NCBI GenBank assembly: GCA_965223265.1
Contig: OZ244999.1
Span: forward strand, 6,144,001 to 6,208,000
Source: Planctomycetota bacterium
GTDB taxonomy: Bacteria > Planctomycetota > UBA8108 > SXIK01
DNA: 64,000 bases
Reading direction: 5' to 3'
In this document: positions 19,116 to 29,280 of the stretch, one piece after another
Numbering within the stretch: the stretch's first letter is position 1
How the letters are laid out: the number at the start of each line of letters is the position of its first letter
Made by a program: the position numbers and the translations under genes
The notes under the pieces: model-generated
The model's input: only the letters and a program-made list of their open reading frames with translations
Database searches by the model: none
What the model was told of the DNA's origin: nothing

Positions 19116-22100
19116 ATGCTCAAAGGTGATCTCTCCAGTTTTAGCCTGGGAGAAATCTTTCAGTCTCTCGCGATCAACAACCATACGGGCACGTTGTCTA
19201 TCTCTGCACGGGCGCGCGGTGAGCGTCATGTCTACTTCGTCGATGGAGCGATTCGCTGCGTCTCTCGAGGCAAAGCGGTCGAGCTTGGCATTGGCGAGGT
19301 CTTCGTGAGGATGGGACGCATCACGGTCGAAGATCTCGACGAAGCTCGAGCGACGCAGTCCGTCGGCATGACCCTCCTACGGCGCGGCTTGGTCACGAAG
19401 GAGGATGTAGTCTCTGCCCTAAAACGAAAAATCTGTGAAGAGCTCTATGATCTCTTCCTTTGGGAGGCTGGTCACTTCGAGTTCGCGATGAACAGCTGCC
19501 CTGAGGGTCTGTTTGACGATCTCCAGACGAACGCTCCAATCAACGTCAACACCAACAGCGTCATCATGGAGGGGCTGCGCCGCGTCGACGAATGGGGCAT
19601 CCTACGCACCAAGATTGCGACACTCGACGAAATCTTCGAACGTACGGAAGCGCGTAACACCGGCGACCTGGAAGAACTCGACGCCAACTTTCTCCAGCGC
19701 ATCGATGGCACGACTCCGGTCCAAGAACTCGCAAAGAGTTACTTCGGAACTCGGTTCGAACTTTGCAAATTCCTCTACGACTTGCTCGAAGCAGGAACGA
19801 TCCGACCGATCTCATCGGACGCTTGTATAGAGCGTGCAGAGCGCTTCAAAAACGAGAAGCAACCAGCTGTTGCGATTCACCTCCTCCGGTTCGCTGCGCA
19901 GCAGAACCCGACTGACCCACGGCTGCACGAACGAATTGGCGAGCTGCAGAACGCGTCGTATCAAGAAGAAGGCGCGCGGGCGTCGTTTGTTGAGGCGATT
20001 CGCCTCTACGTAGAAGCCCAAGACTTCGAGTCAGCGGCCGCGACCTCCGACCACTTAATGGGTTCTCTTCACCATCTGAATGAGTCGGAGTTGCAACTCC
20101 TACTCGACGCGAAGATCGGCTCGCACGAGATTCGAAACGCCGTGCAGATCGCAGGTCAGTTGTCGGCGAATCTGAGTCGCTCTGGGGACATCGATGGTGC
20201 GGCGGCAGTCCTAGGCCGGGTCGTCGAACTCGCTCCTGACGACCTGAATCTGCAGATTGAGCTCGGCACGCTGTTTCAGAAAGCCAACGACAAAGATCGA
20301 GCGACAGCGTACTTCGAAAAAGTCGCCACGTCGCTCGCGCGAGAAGAGAGACACCGCGACCTCCTGAAGATCCTCAGGATCCTCGTGAATCTCGACCCGA
20401 AGAGCGTTGACCTCAAACAGAGGCTCGCGTCGACACAGTCGACGATCGAGAAACTGGAGCGACAGCGTCGCCGCCGCATCACGTTCGCGGGCATCGCTGC
20501 GTTTGGCGCGCTCGCGGTCCTGTTGACGCCTGTCATCTACGAAATCAAGGCGCGAGAGCTGTTCAATCGTGCGAATCGCATGGAGCAGGTGTCGATGGTT
20601 TCCATGGACTTCACGGAGGCAAAGTCGGCGTACGAAGAGCTGCTCAGAAGCTTCAGCTTCAGCACGAAGGTTGCTGAAGCTCAGGCAGCTCTGGATCGCA
20701 TCGCAGTTCAAGAGAAAGCTCACTTCTCAGAGATCAGTCGCGCGTCGTCAGAAAACCTGGCGAGTCAAAAACGAGCGATGACACGCCGACGGGACGAACT
20801 GAAAATAGCGCTACTGGAAGCTCACGAGAGCGAGAAGGGCGGAGAAATCGCCAAAGCGCACGATCTCTACAGCAAAATTCGCGTCGAGTTCAAAGACTTG
20901 CCCGAGACGCGAGAAATCCTTCTGCCGGTGGAAATCAAAGCGTTACCGGCAGACGCTGTGCTGGTCCTTCGTGTCAAAGCAAGCGACGAGGAGATCGCTC
21001 AAGGGAAAAAGTATGTCGCGAAACGAATTCACCTGCCTCATGTTTACCACTACGAGATCGGCGAGACTCTCACTTTCGAAATCGAACGACGCGGTTGCAA
21101 GACGCTTTCGCAGGAACTCACTCTGGAGGATCAGTCGGAGCTCTTCTTCGAACTAGATCGCACGCCGACGGCAACCTTCCAGCCTACGGTTGGTACCCAT
21201 CAACGAATTCTTCCAATCGGCAAGCGCATCCTCGTCCCCGCGCGGGACGGATTCCTCTACGCGATAGACGCCACCAAACACGACATCGAATGGAAGCGGC
21301 GCGTGGGTCGATTCGGCGACCGCGCGTCGGACATCGCGGCGTACTCCGTTGAGGTCTACGTCGGCACCCTTACCGGCGAGGTCACTGCGATCTCAACGTT
21401 GAACGGAAAATCTCGATGGCTCCGCAAAGTGGACGGGCCGGTCTACGCGGCACCTGCAGTAGCCCCTAATGGCTCTCTGGTTGCGGTCGTAACTCTGGAG
21501 GGGAGCGTACACGTCATCGATAACCGTGAAGGGGAAGAACTAGCGAAGTTCGAAACGGAGAATAGCAACGTAGCGCGACCCGTGTTCTCCGAGAAGGAGC
21601 TCGTGGTCGCCAGCACAGACAACAACGTCTATGTCTACTCGCTTGCCGACCGAAAGGTCGCGTTCGAGCTCGACCTACACGACGACATTCGGTCCGATCC
21701 TGCCCTGATCGACTCGAGACTTGTGGTAGCAACCAACAGCGGCCGCATCCACGGTATCGATCTCAGACGTCGGACGCTGGTCTGGTCGTTGAATTCAGGG
21801 GAAACCCCGTCCACAGGAATCGTTGCAAGCGGCTCTTCAGTCGCGCACGTTGGGACGGTGTCTGGCAAGCTCATCACCCTGAACATAAAAAATGGCGAAG
21901 TCGAACACGAGCGCATCCTCGGTAGCGAGCCGGTGAGCGGAATTCTTCCTCACAGCGGCACGGTCTACGCCACCACTGCGGCAGGCGCCTTGTTCGCCCT
22001 CCACGGCAAGACCAACGAGACGACCTGGTACTACAACACCGACGCGATGACACTGACAAACCCAACGATCATCGGAAACAACCTTCTGGTCATCAACGCA

Positions 22101-22139
22101 AACGGTCGCATCGTCCAGTTCGAGGTCATAGCCCCATGA
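19116..22139 (+). CDS. DUF4388 + TPR + TM + PQQ-type beta-propeller protein
   Basis: LKGDLSSFSLGEIFQ...TGTL and EGLRRVDEW (DUF4388); TPR helices; TM helix; W-ended PQQ-like blades. Confidence 0.8.
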   Translation: MLKGDLSSFSLGEIFQSLAINNHTGTLSISARARGERHVYFVDGAIRCVSRGKAVELGIGEVFVRMGRITVEDLDEARATQSVGMTLLRRGLVTKEDVVSALKRKICEELYDLFLWEAGHFEFAMNSCPEGLFDDLQTNAPINVNTNSVIMEGLRRVDEWGILRTKIATLDEIFERTEARNTGDLEELDANFLQRIDGTTPVQELAKSYFGTRFELCKFLYDLLEAGTIRPISSDACIERAERFKNEKQPAVAIHLLRFAAQQNPTDPRLHERIGELQNASYQEEGARASFVEAIRLYVEAQDFESAAATSDHLMGSLHHLNESELQLLLDAKIGSHEIRNAVQIAGQLSANLSRSGDIDGAAAVLGRVVELAPDDLNLQIELGTLFQKANDKDRATAYFEKVATSLAREERHRDLLKILRILVNLDPKSVDLKQRLASTQSTIEKLERQRRRRITFAGIAAFGALAVLLTPVIYEIKARELFNRANRMEQVSMVSMDFTEAKSAYEELLRSFSFSTKVAEAQAALDRIAVQEKAHFSEISRASSENLASQKRAMTRRRDELKIALLEAHESEKGGEIAKAHDLYSKIRVEFKDLPETREILLPVEIKALPADAVLVLRVKASDEEIAQGKKYVAKRIHLPHVYHYEIGETLTFEIERRGCKTLSQELTLEDQSELFFELDRTPTATFQPTVGTHQRILPIGKRILVPARDGFLYAIDATKHDIEWKRRVGRFGDRASDIAAYSVEVYVGTLTGEVTAISTLNGKSRWLRKVDGPVYAAPAVAPNGSLVAVVTLEGSVHVIDNREGEELAKFETENSNVARPVFSEKELVVASTDNNVYVYSLADRKVAFELDLHDDIRSDPALIDSRLVVATNSGRIHGIDLRRRTLVWSLNSGETPSTGIVASGSSVAHVGTVSGKLITLNIKNGEVEHERILGSEPVSGILPHSGTVYATTAAGALFALHGKTNETTWYYNTDAMTLTNPTIIGNNLLVINANGRIVQFEVIAP

Positions 22140-23230
22140 AGTCGCGATCAATCGACTCACGGCTCCCGCGCGAAGCCTTCACGCAGATGCGACGCTGGAC
22201 TCTGTGCGTCCTGTTAGCCGTCAGCACTTCTGACGGGTTACTCGTCGGAGCAGATCAGCCAGACTACTGGAGCCCGGAAAGGTTGTCGGCAAAACGGCGA
22301 TCACTCCGCGAAGGTCAAGAGATCGCCGTGCTGGGAAAATACAAGGAGCTCGTCGACACGCGGCTCCATCTCTACGACTGCGACGTGTCCTTCCTCGTCG
22401 AAGACGACATGATCTTTCGACAGCTTCTCGGACTTCGCGCCAAGCGGGACAATATCTTGCTTCGCGGTGTCGTCAAGAGCGTCGATGGGGAGACCGTCGT
22501 CGAAGTCCAAAAACTAGAGAAAGCCCCTACCGACCTTGAACTGTTGGCAGCTCAGCTCGATCAATTGGAGGCTGACAACGCCAGCGACAAAGGCGACGCA
22601 GTGTTTGAACTCGCGCTCAAGATGCAGCGTGCAGGGAGCGACCAAAACGAACCAGAACTGCTAACGCTCGCACGTCGAGCGTTCACGCAATCTCTGACCG
22701 CGGAAGTCTCTGCCGACGCGCTCGAGGCTCGACTCCGCCGCGTGCGAAAAATGCACGACCTCGTCCGCGACGATGCCTTCACGCGCGACATCTTGGTCGC
22801 ACTCATGAACGATCGCAGCACCGCGGCGGTGACTGCCGCCCTCCAAGCGATCGAGTGCCGAGAGTACTTGGGTGAATGGGTCACGTATTCGGAATTCAAA
22901 CGCAAGGAAGGGCTCTTCGAGCACGACGGGCGGTGGGTCTCGCGTCACGAGCGGCATCTCCTTGAGACGATTGCCTCGATCCCCAAAGACTCGCTGCTCA
23001 ACGTCCAGCTCGTGAGACGGCGGACGCAAAAGGAATACATCCTGATGGCAGAGAAGGGTAAGACCGAGGTCGGGATGGGGCGCGAGGAAGTCTGCTTAGC
23101 CCTGGGATTCCCGACCTACGTGCTGCGCCGAGCCCACCTCGGAAAAGAGTTTGACCAATGGCGTTACCCGTCGCTCTACTGCTATTTCTTTGACGGCACG
23201 CTGATCCATGTCGCCAGTTCCAAGAAGTAG
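22136..23230 (+). CDS. Hypothetical exported protein
   Basis: Coupled to the upstream gene (ATGA); GMGREEV.LALG.P...QWRY C-terminal motif (BamE-like fold possible). Confidence 0.6.
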   Translation: MKSRSIDSRLPREAFTQMRRWTLCVLLAVSTSDGLLVGADQPDYWSPERLSAKRRSLREGQEIAVLGKYKELVDTRLHLYDCDVSFLVEDDMIFRQLLGLRAKRDNILLRGVVKSVDGETVVEVQKLEKAPTDLELLAAQLDQLEADNASDKGDAVFELALKMQRAGSDQNEPELLTLARRAFTQSLTAEVSADALEARLRRVRKMHDLVRDDAFTRDILVALMNDRSTAAVTAALQAIECREYLGEWVTYSEFKRKEGLFEHDGRWVSRHERHLLETIASIPKDSLLNVQLVRRRTQKEYILMAEKGKTEVGMGREEVCLALGFPTYVLRRAHLGKEFDQWRYPSLYCYFFDGTLIHVASSKK

Positions 23231-23309
23231 AAACAGTTCGGCGACAAGTCCGAAGAAGACTCTCCCCGGCGGACCGGTTCAACCCGTCCGCTGACTCGAG
23301 AACGCAGGC

Positions 23310-24437
23310 TCAACGCCCGACCGGGTGGTCCAGCCTCGGGTCGCCTCGCGGACGAGTTCGCGGCGGTGGGCCCGCCGCTGGAAGATCCTCCGCCGGGAGA
23401 TCGCGTGCCGAAGAATCCGGCACACGCCCGTCACCCCCGCGCAACTCGTGGTGAGGAGGCGGCGCCTCAGTCGCCGTCGGCGCGACCGCCTCAGCAGCGT
23501 TGGGCACATCCTCTTGGGCAGCGCCGCTCTCGCCGCCAGCCCCCTCTGAGCGCCTCGGCCGCACGTCCGCCGCGCTGACGGACCAACTACCGCTCTCTGG
23601 ACCAACGAACACTTCGTGGCCTCCAGCGCGCGCCTGCAACGTCACCCGACCCTGCTGCACCTTCAGCGCGGTCACCCCTTCAACCTGTGCATCAACGACA
23701 AACCGCGTGCCGACGACGCGCACAATCGCCTCAGGCGTCGACACGATAAACGGCGCTTCCGCGGCACGACCCGGCCGTACACTTGCCGTCAACATCCCCT
23801 CGACGAGCTCACACGAAAAAGCATGCCGGCTGCTCTCGAGACTCAGACGCAGCACTGCCGGCCCCTCGACCTCGATCCGATCGCTCCGCGGACCAAGCGG
23901 TGAGTGCAGGTCCAAATTCAGCGTCGCACCATCCGCCACATCAAATTCTGCCCCAGGCCAACAGTCGCCACGGTCGACAAGCACTCCCTCTCTTCCCGAT
24001 GACTCAGAGGCGTACATCACGACCTCACCCGCGGCGCGGAATTGCCCGAGGTAGTGGCGCGAACCCTGCGTGCTCCATAAGCCATAAAAGAGCGCGCCAG
24101 CAGCACACAAGAAGACTGCAGCCGCCGAAGCGTAACGCCGCCACGAAGGATGTCGAGCCGTCCACGTCCAGAAGCGCTGCCAAGTCGGCGGCCGCTCGAT
24201 CAGCGAAGCCGCCTCCATCTCGCGAACGACACTCTCCGCGAGCCCCTCGTCCGTCGCCACCTCGGACAGCGCAACCCGCAAGAGATTCGCGTCGCGTGCG
24301 TAATCGTAGTAGAGAGCACGGCAGGTCGCACAGCGCGCCAAATGATCGCTCACCTCAGCGACCTCGGCAGCGCCCAGTTCACGATCAACGTAGCGCCAAA
24401 GGCGCGTTTCCATATTGCTGCAGCTCGAATCGATCAC
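23310..24437 (-). CDS. Anti-sigma factor, zf-HC2 + TM + FecR domain
   Basis: HLARCATC; TM helix; FIVSTPEAIVRVVGTRF...VQQGRV FecR motif. Confidence 0.85.
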   Translation of the reverse strand: MIDSSCSNMETRLWRYVDRELGAAEVAEVSDHLARCATCRALYYDYARDANLLRVALSEVATDEGLAESVVREMEAASLIERPPTWQRFWTWTARHPSWRRYASAAAVFLCAAGALFYGLWSTQGSRHYLGQFRAAGEVVMYASESSGREGVLVDRGDCWPGAEFDVADGATLNLDLHSPLGPRSDRIEVEGPAVLRLSLESSRHAFSCELVEGMLTASVRPGRAAEAPFIVSTPEAIVRVVGTRFVVDAQVEGVTALKVQQGRVTLQARAGGHEVFVGPESGSWSVSAADVRPRRSEGAGGESGAAQEDVPNAAEAVAPTATEAPPPHHELRGGDGRVPDSSARDLPAEDLPAAGPPPRTRPRGDPRLDHPVGR

Positions 24438-24541
24438 GTCTGCATCCTGCTCAAAGGCCTTCCACGAGTCTGTTCCACGGTGTTTCTGTTCTCTCTTTCG
24501 TGGCGCTTTCTCTCATCGGCATCCCGATCATGACCCAAGTT

Positions 24542-25099
24542 CTACGACTCCTCACGATCGAGTTTGGAGCGCAGTGCCTTGCGCGCACGAAACAGTCGCG
24601 ATTCGACTGCGCTCGTTGTGGTCTCTGTGATCTCCGCGATCTCTTTGTACGAAAGCCCTTCCATGTGCTTAAGAACAAGGACGAGTCGATCCTCCGCGGG
24701 GAGATCGTCCAAACATTCCGCCACCGCTTGGCAATCTTCCCGACGGACCAGCTCGAGCTCCTGCTGAGAGCTGCCGCCAATTGTCGGTGGAGAGCCAACC
24801 TCACGCGGAATGCTTTCGAGGCGTGCGACAACGCGCCGCTTGCGACGCATGTCGAGTGCCGCCGCACGAACGATACCGACGAACCATGACTTGAACTTGC
24901 TGTGATCTTTGAGTGTCGAGAGCGATTTGAACGCTTTGAAAAACGCCTCTTGTACCGCGTCGTCGCGCAGGCCGCGATCGCCCAAGATACCAAAAGCAAT
25001 GGCGCCGGCAAGTCGCGCATAACGGTGAACAAGCTCTTCGAAAACGCTCGTGTCGCCGGACAACACGCGCCCGACACACTCTGCATCATCATGTGCCAT
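24542..25099 (-). CDS. ECF sigma factor
   Basis: DDAVQEAFFKAF, FKSWF, EGLSYKEIAE...VESRLFRAR. Confidence 0.9.
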   Translation of the reverse strand: MAHDDAECVGRVLSGDTSVFEELVHRYARLAGAIAFGILGDRGLRDDAVQEAFFKAFKSLSTLKDHSKFKSWFVGIVRAAALDMRRKRRVVARLESIPREVGSPPTIGGSSQQELELVRREDCQAVAECLDDLPAEDRLVLVLKHMEGLSYKEIAEITETTTSAVESRLFRARKALRSKLDREES

Positions 25100-25344
25100 G
25101 GCGCTGCGTCCGGAAACGGATGAATTCGGCAGATCGTTGCTCCTTCGCAAACTGATTCCGGACAAAGAGAGCAGCGCGCTGCGAAATGCAGCGCCGGAAG
25201 CACGGGTGGCGACGAACTCCACGGAGGGAGGTGGGGCGAAGGCCCTTTTCGCGAGGCCCACCCACCGCGGCGCCCAACTCTCGCAACCATATAAAGAGAC
25301 GCGGCGGCCGCCGAAATCCTGCGCGCGTCGTTCCAGAATCCCTG

Positions 25345-26259
25345 CTACGCCTCTGCCACAATCTGTAAATAACCATCATAACGAGACTTAGAAATCTCTC
25401 CGCGATCAACAGCAGCTAGCACTTGGCACCCCGGCTCCGACACATGAAGGCAGTTTCGAAAGCGGCAAGCGCCGATGAACGGACGAAACTCCGGGAAGAA
25501 CCGGCCGACCTCCGCCGCCTCGACACCAGCGAGAGCGAATTCACGAAAGCCTGGAGTGTCAGCGACAAAGCCAGGAAACGGCATAGGAAAGAGGGTGACC
25601 GCGGTGGTGGTGTGGCGCCCTTTGCCTGTGCGCTGGCTGACGTCTCCTGTGACAAGCTCAAGGTCTGGGCTCAGAGCGTTGAGCAGGGTCGACTTGCCGA
25701 CGCCCGAATGGCCGGTGAGCACGGTGATGCTGTCTCGCAGCCAATCGCGCAGCGCATCCAGCCCCTCCCCGCTCAGAGCGCTGCCGGCGAACGCCGGGTA
25801 GCCCAACTGACGATAAACTTCCAAAAGGCGCTCGAGCTCACGCACCTCTTCGGGGCTCTCGACGAGCCGATCAAGCTTGTTCACAAACACGGCAGGATCC
25901 AGATTCTGGCGATGAGCCGCGACAAAGACTCTGTCGACGAGCGCCCAGCGCGGACTCGGCTCCCTGGCAGAAAGGACGAGAAGAACCTGGTCAATGTTTG
26001 CCGCGATGGCGACGGGTCTACCGCCAGCGGTGCTCCGCGTCAACTCCGTGGTGCGTGGCGACACGGCCTCGACGACCCCCTCTCCGTCTCCCAGCGCGGT
26101 GACCGTGACGAGATCGCCGACAAGGATGGAGGCGCCGCGGCGCCGTTGACGAAACTTCCCACGCAGCGAGCAGCGCAGCCGCCCGGCCGCCGTCTCAACT
26201 TCGAGATGGCGACTCGACTTGCGGACAACCTGCCCCTGCAGCTGCTTCTCAATGCTCAA
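25345..26259 (-). CDS. rsgA: Ribosome small subunit-dependent GTPase A
   Basis: Circularly permuted GTPase NKLD, GHSGVGKS, GRHTTT, DTPG; CRFRNC.H..EPGC zinc motif; start approximate. Confidence 0.93.
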   Translation of the reverse strand: MSIEKQLQGQVVRKSSRHLEVETAAGRLRCSLRGKFRQRRRGASILVGDLVTVTALGDGEGVVEAVSPRTTELTRSTAGGRPVAIAANIDQVLLVLSAREPSPRWALVDRVFVAAHRQNLDPAVFVNKLDRLVESPEEVRELERLLEVYRQLGYPAFAGSALSGEGLDALRDWLRDSITVLTGHSGVGKSTLLNALSPDLELVTGDVSQRTGKGRHTTTAVTLFPMPFPGFVADTPGFREFALAGVEAAEVGRFFPEFRPFIGACRFRNCLHVSEPGCQVLAAVDRGEISKSRYDGYLQIVAEA

Positions 26260-26539
26260 CGAAGACTCTCGGATGCGGCGTCGGTCAAAAGTAGGGTTCA
26301 CGGCGCAAGCGATCCGCGCCCGCCAACGTCCGAGGTCGGCTCGGCACGCACGCAGCGCGCGGCCCCGCCGGCAAGGAGTTACCGGAAGATTCACACGCAT
26401 TCTGAGAAGAATCGTTCCACCAAGTCAAGCTCGGCGTTGGCGTCGGCGATAAAGATGGCGACGGATTCTCGGAAAGCAGCCCGCAGCTGGTTCCGGCGCG
26501 GACGCCAGTCGACGGCGCTCTGTTCCTACGAGGTGTCAC

Positions 26540-28345
26540 GTGTCGCAGAGAGAGACGACCGGAGAAACAGTGAAACAGGCATGCTCACGACCGCTCACGT
26601 TTGGTGCCCTCGTGCTCACCTTCGTCACCTGCGGCCTCCTCGCCGACGTCGTCCATCTCAAGAATGGCAACCAGATCCAAGGTGAGATTCTCCGGGATGA
26701 CGGCGCCAACATCGTCATTCGATTCCCCGGCGGTACACTGCGGCTACGCCGCCGGGACATTCTCAAGGTCGAACGCCAGCAGCGGTCCGACTATCTCGTC
26801 GAGGAAGGCGAAAAACAGCTCAGGCGCGGCAGCCACGACGCGGCCATCGACAGCTTCGAAGCCGCGCTACGCGAGGACCCTGGCGCACCACGCGTTGCGG
26901 CACTCCTCTATTCAGCGAAAAAGGCCAAGCTGAGCAGTTTGTTTCGCAGCGGGCAGTTCGCGGAGTCGAAGGCGCAGGCGGAACGGCTGCTGCAGGCCAA
27001 CCCAGAGGACGACGAAGTCAAAGACCATGTGCAACTCGTAGAACGCACGCTGAAGGAGGCGTCCGAGGAAGAAGCGCGCGCGCGCGTCGACCTCGGAGCA
27101 GGCGCCTTTGATCAAGCGATTCAGCGACTCCATCACCTCTACGACCGGTTCCCTGATCGACGCGATCGTGTCGGCGAGATGCTCGGAAGGGCTCTCATGG
27201 GAAAGGCTCATCAGCTGTTTCGAGACAAAGAGTGGGATGCCGCAGCGGAGCGCTATTACGCTGCTGTGCGAGCCTCTCCGTCGATGCTCGTTGACGCCCA
27301 AGCCCGGTACGTGATCAGCAGAACGATCACGCTCCGCCACGCCGCTGAAGCCAACGACCTCGAGCGGCTTGAAGATCTCGCGCTCCAGGGACTGGAAATC
27401 GCGCCGGGCGACGATGTCCTGCGTTACTACTACGGCCTCGCCCTTGAAGGAAAGGGCGAGCCAGGGGACGCTGCCGCTGAGTACGCCGCGATCTTGGCGC
27501 GCCCACCGCGACGTGGCGACGACCCCGCGAAGCTCAGAAAACAAGTCGAGGCAAAGCTGGCAGGAAGTCCGAATCGCCGCGACTCGAAACCGTCAACACG
27601 TTCAAGCGCTATCTCGGGGCTCGTCGCCTTCGATTCGCCACGCTTCACAGTGAGCGCGACGACTCCGGCGCTAGCAACGGAACTATCCGCGGCATCGGAA
27701 CAGCACTATCGCACCATCTTTCGGCGTCTTGGCTGCGTTGACCACCCTCGTTCGAGGATCCAAGTGATTGCGTATCGCGACCGACGTCGTTACGCGGCGG
27801 CGACGAGGTACGGTGCTTGGTCAGCCGGCACGCATCAGCTCAAGCGCCACGTTCTGCGAGCTCTCAGCGAGCATCGAATCCTTTGCCATCAGGACCAAGA
27901 CGACCTCCTAACCGGCGTCCTGCCACATGAGATCGCTCACGTCCTCCTCCCCCACCGTCTGAACTACCCGGACGCGATCCCGCTATGGGCAAACGAAGGC
28001 TTCGCGGTTGTCATGCAGCCGACGTTCTATCACTCCCGCTTTCGCCAACTCTTACGCCACCAAATCAAGGCGCAGGGCCTGATCCCCTTTGAGGACCTAT
28101 TGACGAAGTCGACCTATCCTGCACGGTCCCTCAGACTCTTCTATGCGCAGTCGTACTCGCTCGTGGAGTTCTTGATCCGGCTCAAAGGTCTCGATCGCTT
28201 TCTCGAGTTCACGCGCAGCGTCTCCAAGGAAGACGCGACGCTCGAAGAGGCACTCGAAAAGAGCTTTCGCATCGCAGGTATCGCGGCACTTCAGAATCGC
28301 TGGATCGCCTGGTTCGAACACCAGTACGGTCGCGAAGCGCTCTGA
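26540..28345 (+). CDS. Secreted TPR protein with C-terminal MA-clan metallopeptidase domain
   Basis: Signal peptide; TPRs; HEIAH...PLWANEGFA...FYAQS. Confidence 0.85.
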   Translation: MSQRETTGETVKQACSRPLTFGALVLTFVTCGLLADVVHLKNGNQIQGEILRDDGANIVIRFPGGTLRLRRRDILKVERQQRSDYLVEEGEKQLRRGSHDAAIDSFEAALREDPGAPRVAALLYSAKKAKLSSLFRSGQFAESKAQAERLLQANPEDDEVKDHVQLVERTLKEASEEEARARVDLGAGAFDQAIQRLHHLYDRFPDRRDRVGEMLGRALMGKAHQLFRDKEWDAAAERYYAAVRASPSMLVDAQARYVISRTITLRHAAEANDLERLEDLALQGLEIAPGDDVLRYYYGLALEGKGEPGDAAAEYAAILARPPRRGDDPAKLRKQVEAKLAGSPNRRDSKPSTRSSAISGLVAFDSPRFTVSATTPALATELSAASEQHYRTIFRRLGCVDHPRSRIQVIAYRDRRRYAAATRYGAWSAGTHQLKRHVLRALSEHRILCHQDQDDLLTGVLPHEIAHVLLPHRLNYPDAIPLWANEGFAVVMQPTFYHSRFRQLLRHQIKAQGLIPFEDLLTKSTYPARSLRLFYAQSYSLVEFLIRLKGLDRFLEFTRSVSKEDATLEEALEKSFRIAGIAALQNRWIAWFEHQYGREAL

Positions 28346-28433
28346 GTCGTTAGCGCCTCGACCGCACCGAAAAGCGTCAGCGTCTGTATCGCCGTGCGTT
28401 CCGATTGCGACGGCGCGGCGGCTCAGGCGCACC

Positions 28434-28700
28434 CGTGTGCGTGTGCGTGTGCTGAAAGTAGCAGGCACACTCCCGTGTGCCGTCCGGTCTTGTGCGTGTG
28501 CGTGTGCGTGTGCGTGTGCGTGTGCTGAAAGTAGCAGGCACACTCCCGTGTGCCGTCCGGTCTTGTGTGTGAGCGTGAGCGTGTGCGTGTGCGTGTGCGT
28601 GAGCGTGTGCGTGTGCGTGTGCGTGTGCGTGTGCGTGTGCGTGTGGGTCTTCCAAAGTAGCAGGCACACGCCTGTGTGCCGTCCGGACCGTGTGCGTGTA
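28434..28700 (+). repeat. Three 33-bp GTAG-hairpin (REP-like) units separated by (GTGTGC)n tracts
   Basis: AAAGTAGCAGGCACACTCCCGTGTGCCGTCCGG at 28455, 28528 and 28654 (variant); hexamer tracts between. Confidence 0.9.
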
Positions 28701-28891
28701 CGTGCGAGCTATGACACGAGTAACCGTACGGCGGCGGTTAGGTCGATGGTGCGCGGTGCTCGGGACTGGCAAGAGTGCCCTCGCTGCGCTCGGCGCTTCG
28801 CGCTCTTGACAGTCCCTCCGCGCCGCGTTGGGGGGGGTACCGCCGCCCGGATGCGGCGGGCTCTTGATTCACCTTCCTTCGGAGGCCTTCT

Positions 28892-29215
28892 ATGCGTTTC
28901 ATCGCTCTCGACGTCAGTCTCGGTTTGATCGGCGACTTGCGAGTTCCTTTAGCGCGGCTTCGGCGTCTCGATCCGGACCTGCACCGGCAGATTCGGCGCG
29001 CTGCTTCTTCGGTGGCGCTCAATCTCTCAGAGGGAGCTGAACGCGCCGGCAAAGATCGCCAGCACCTCTTTCGCGTAGCGCGCGGCAGCGCGCGCGAGGT
29101 CGAGACGGCGCTGCGCGTCGCCCAGTCCTGGGGCGACCTGAAGCACGACGACGTCGCGAGCGCTCTCAAGACGCTCGATCGACTGCTGGCGCTTCTTGGC
29201 GGGCTGACTCGCTGA
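28892..29215 (+). CDS. Four-helix-bundle protein (23S rRNA IVS protein / TIGR02436-like)
   Basis: GGAGG RBS; QIRRAASSVALNLSEG...F..ARGSAREV signature. Confidence 0.9.
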   Translation: MRFIALDVSLGLIGDLRVPLARLRRLDPDLHRQIRRAASSVALNLSEGAERAGKDRQHLFRVARGSAREVETALRVAQSWGDLKHDDVASALKTLDRLLALLGGLTR

Positions 29216-29280
29216 GCGTTACGTCTTGTGCGCCCGCGGCGGGCGCAATCGCCTGCGTTCGAGGGGTGCGTGAGCGTCTC

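Noticed and set aside
28455-28686. CRISPR array (33-bp hairpin repeats)
   Set aside because: Spacers are 40 and 93 nt of the same hexamer rather than unique sequence; no cas genes in the window
28097-28928. His/Thr-, His/Ala- and Cys/Val-repeat ORFs
   Set aside because: Translation artefacts of the stop-free hexamer microsatellite
28892-29215. 23S rRNA intervening sequence or complete DGR
   Set aside because: No rRNA flanks, reverse transcriptase or TR/VR pair seen in the window
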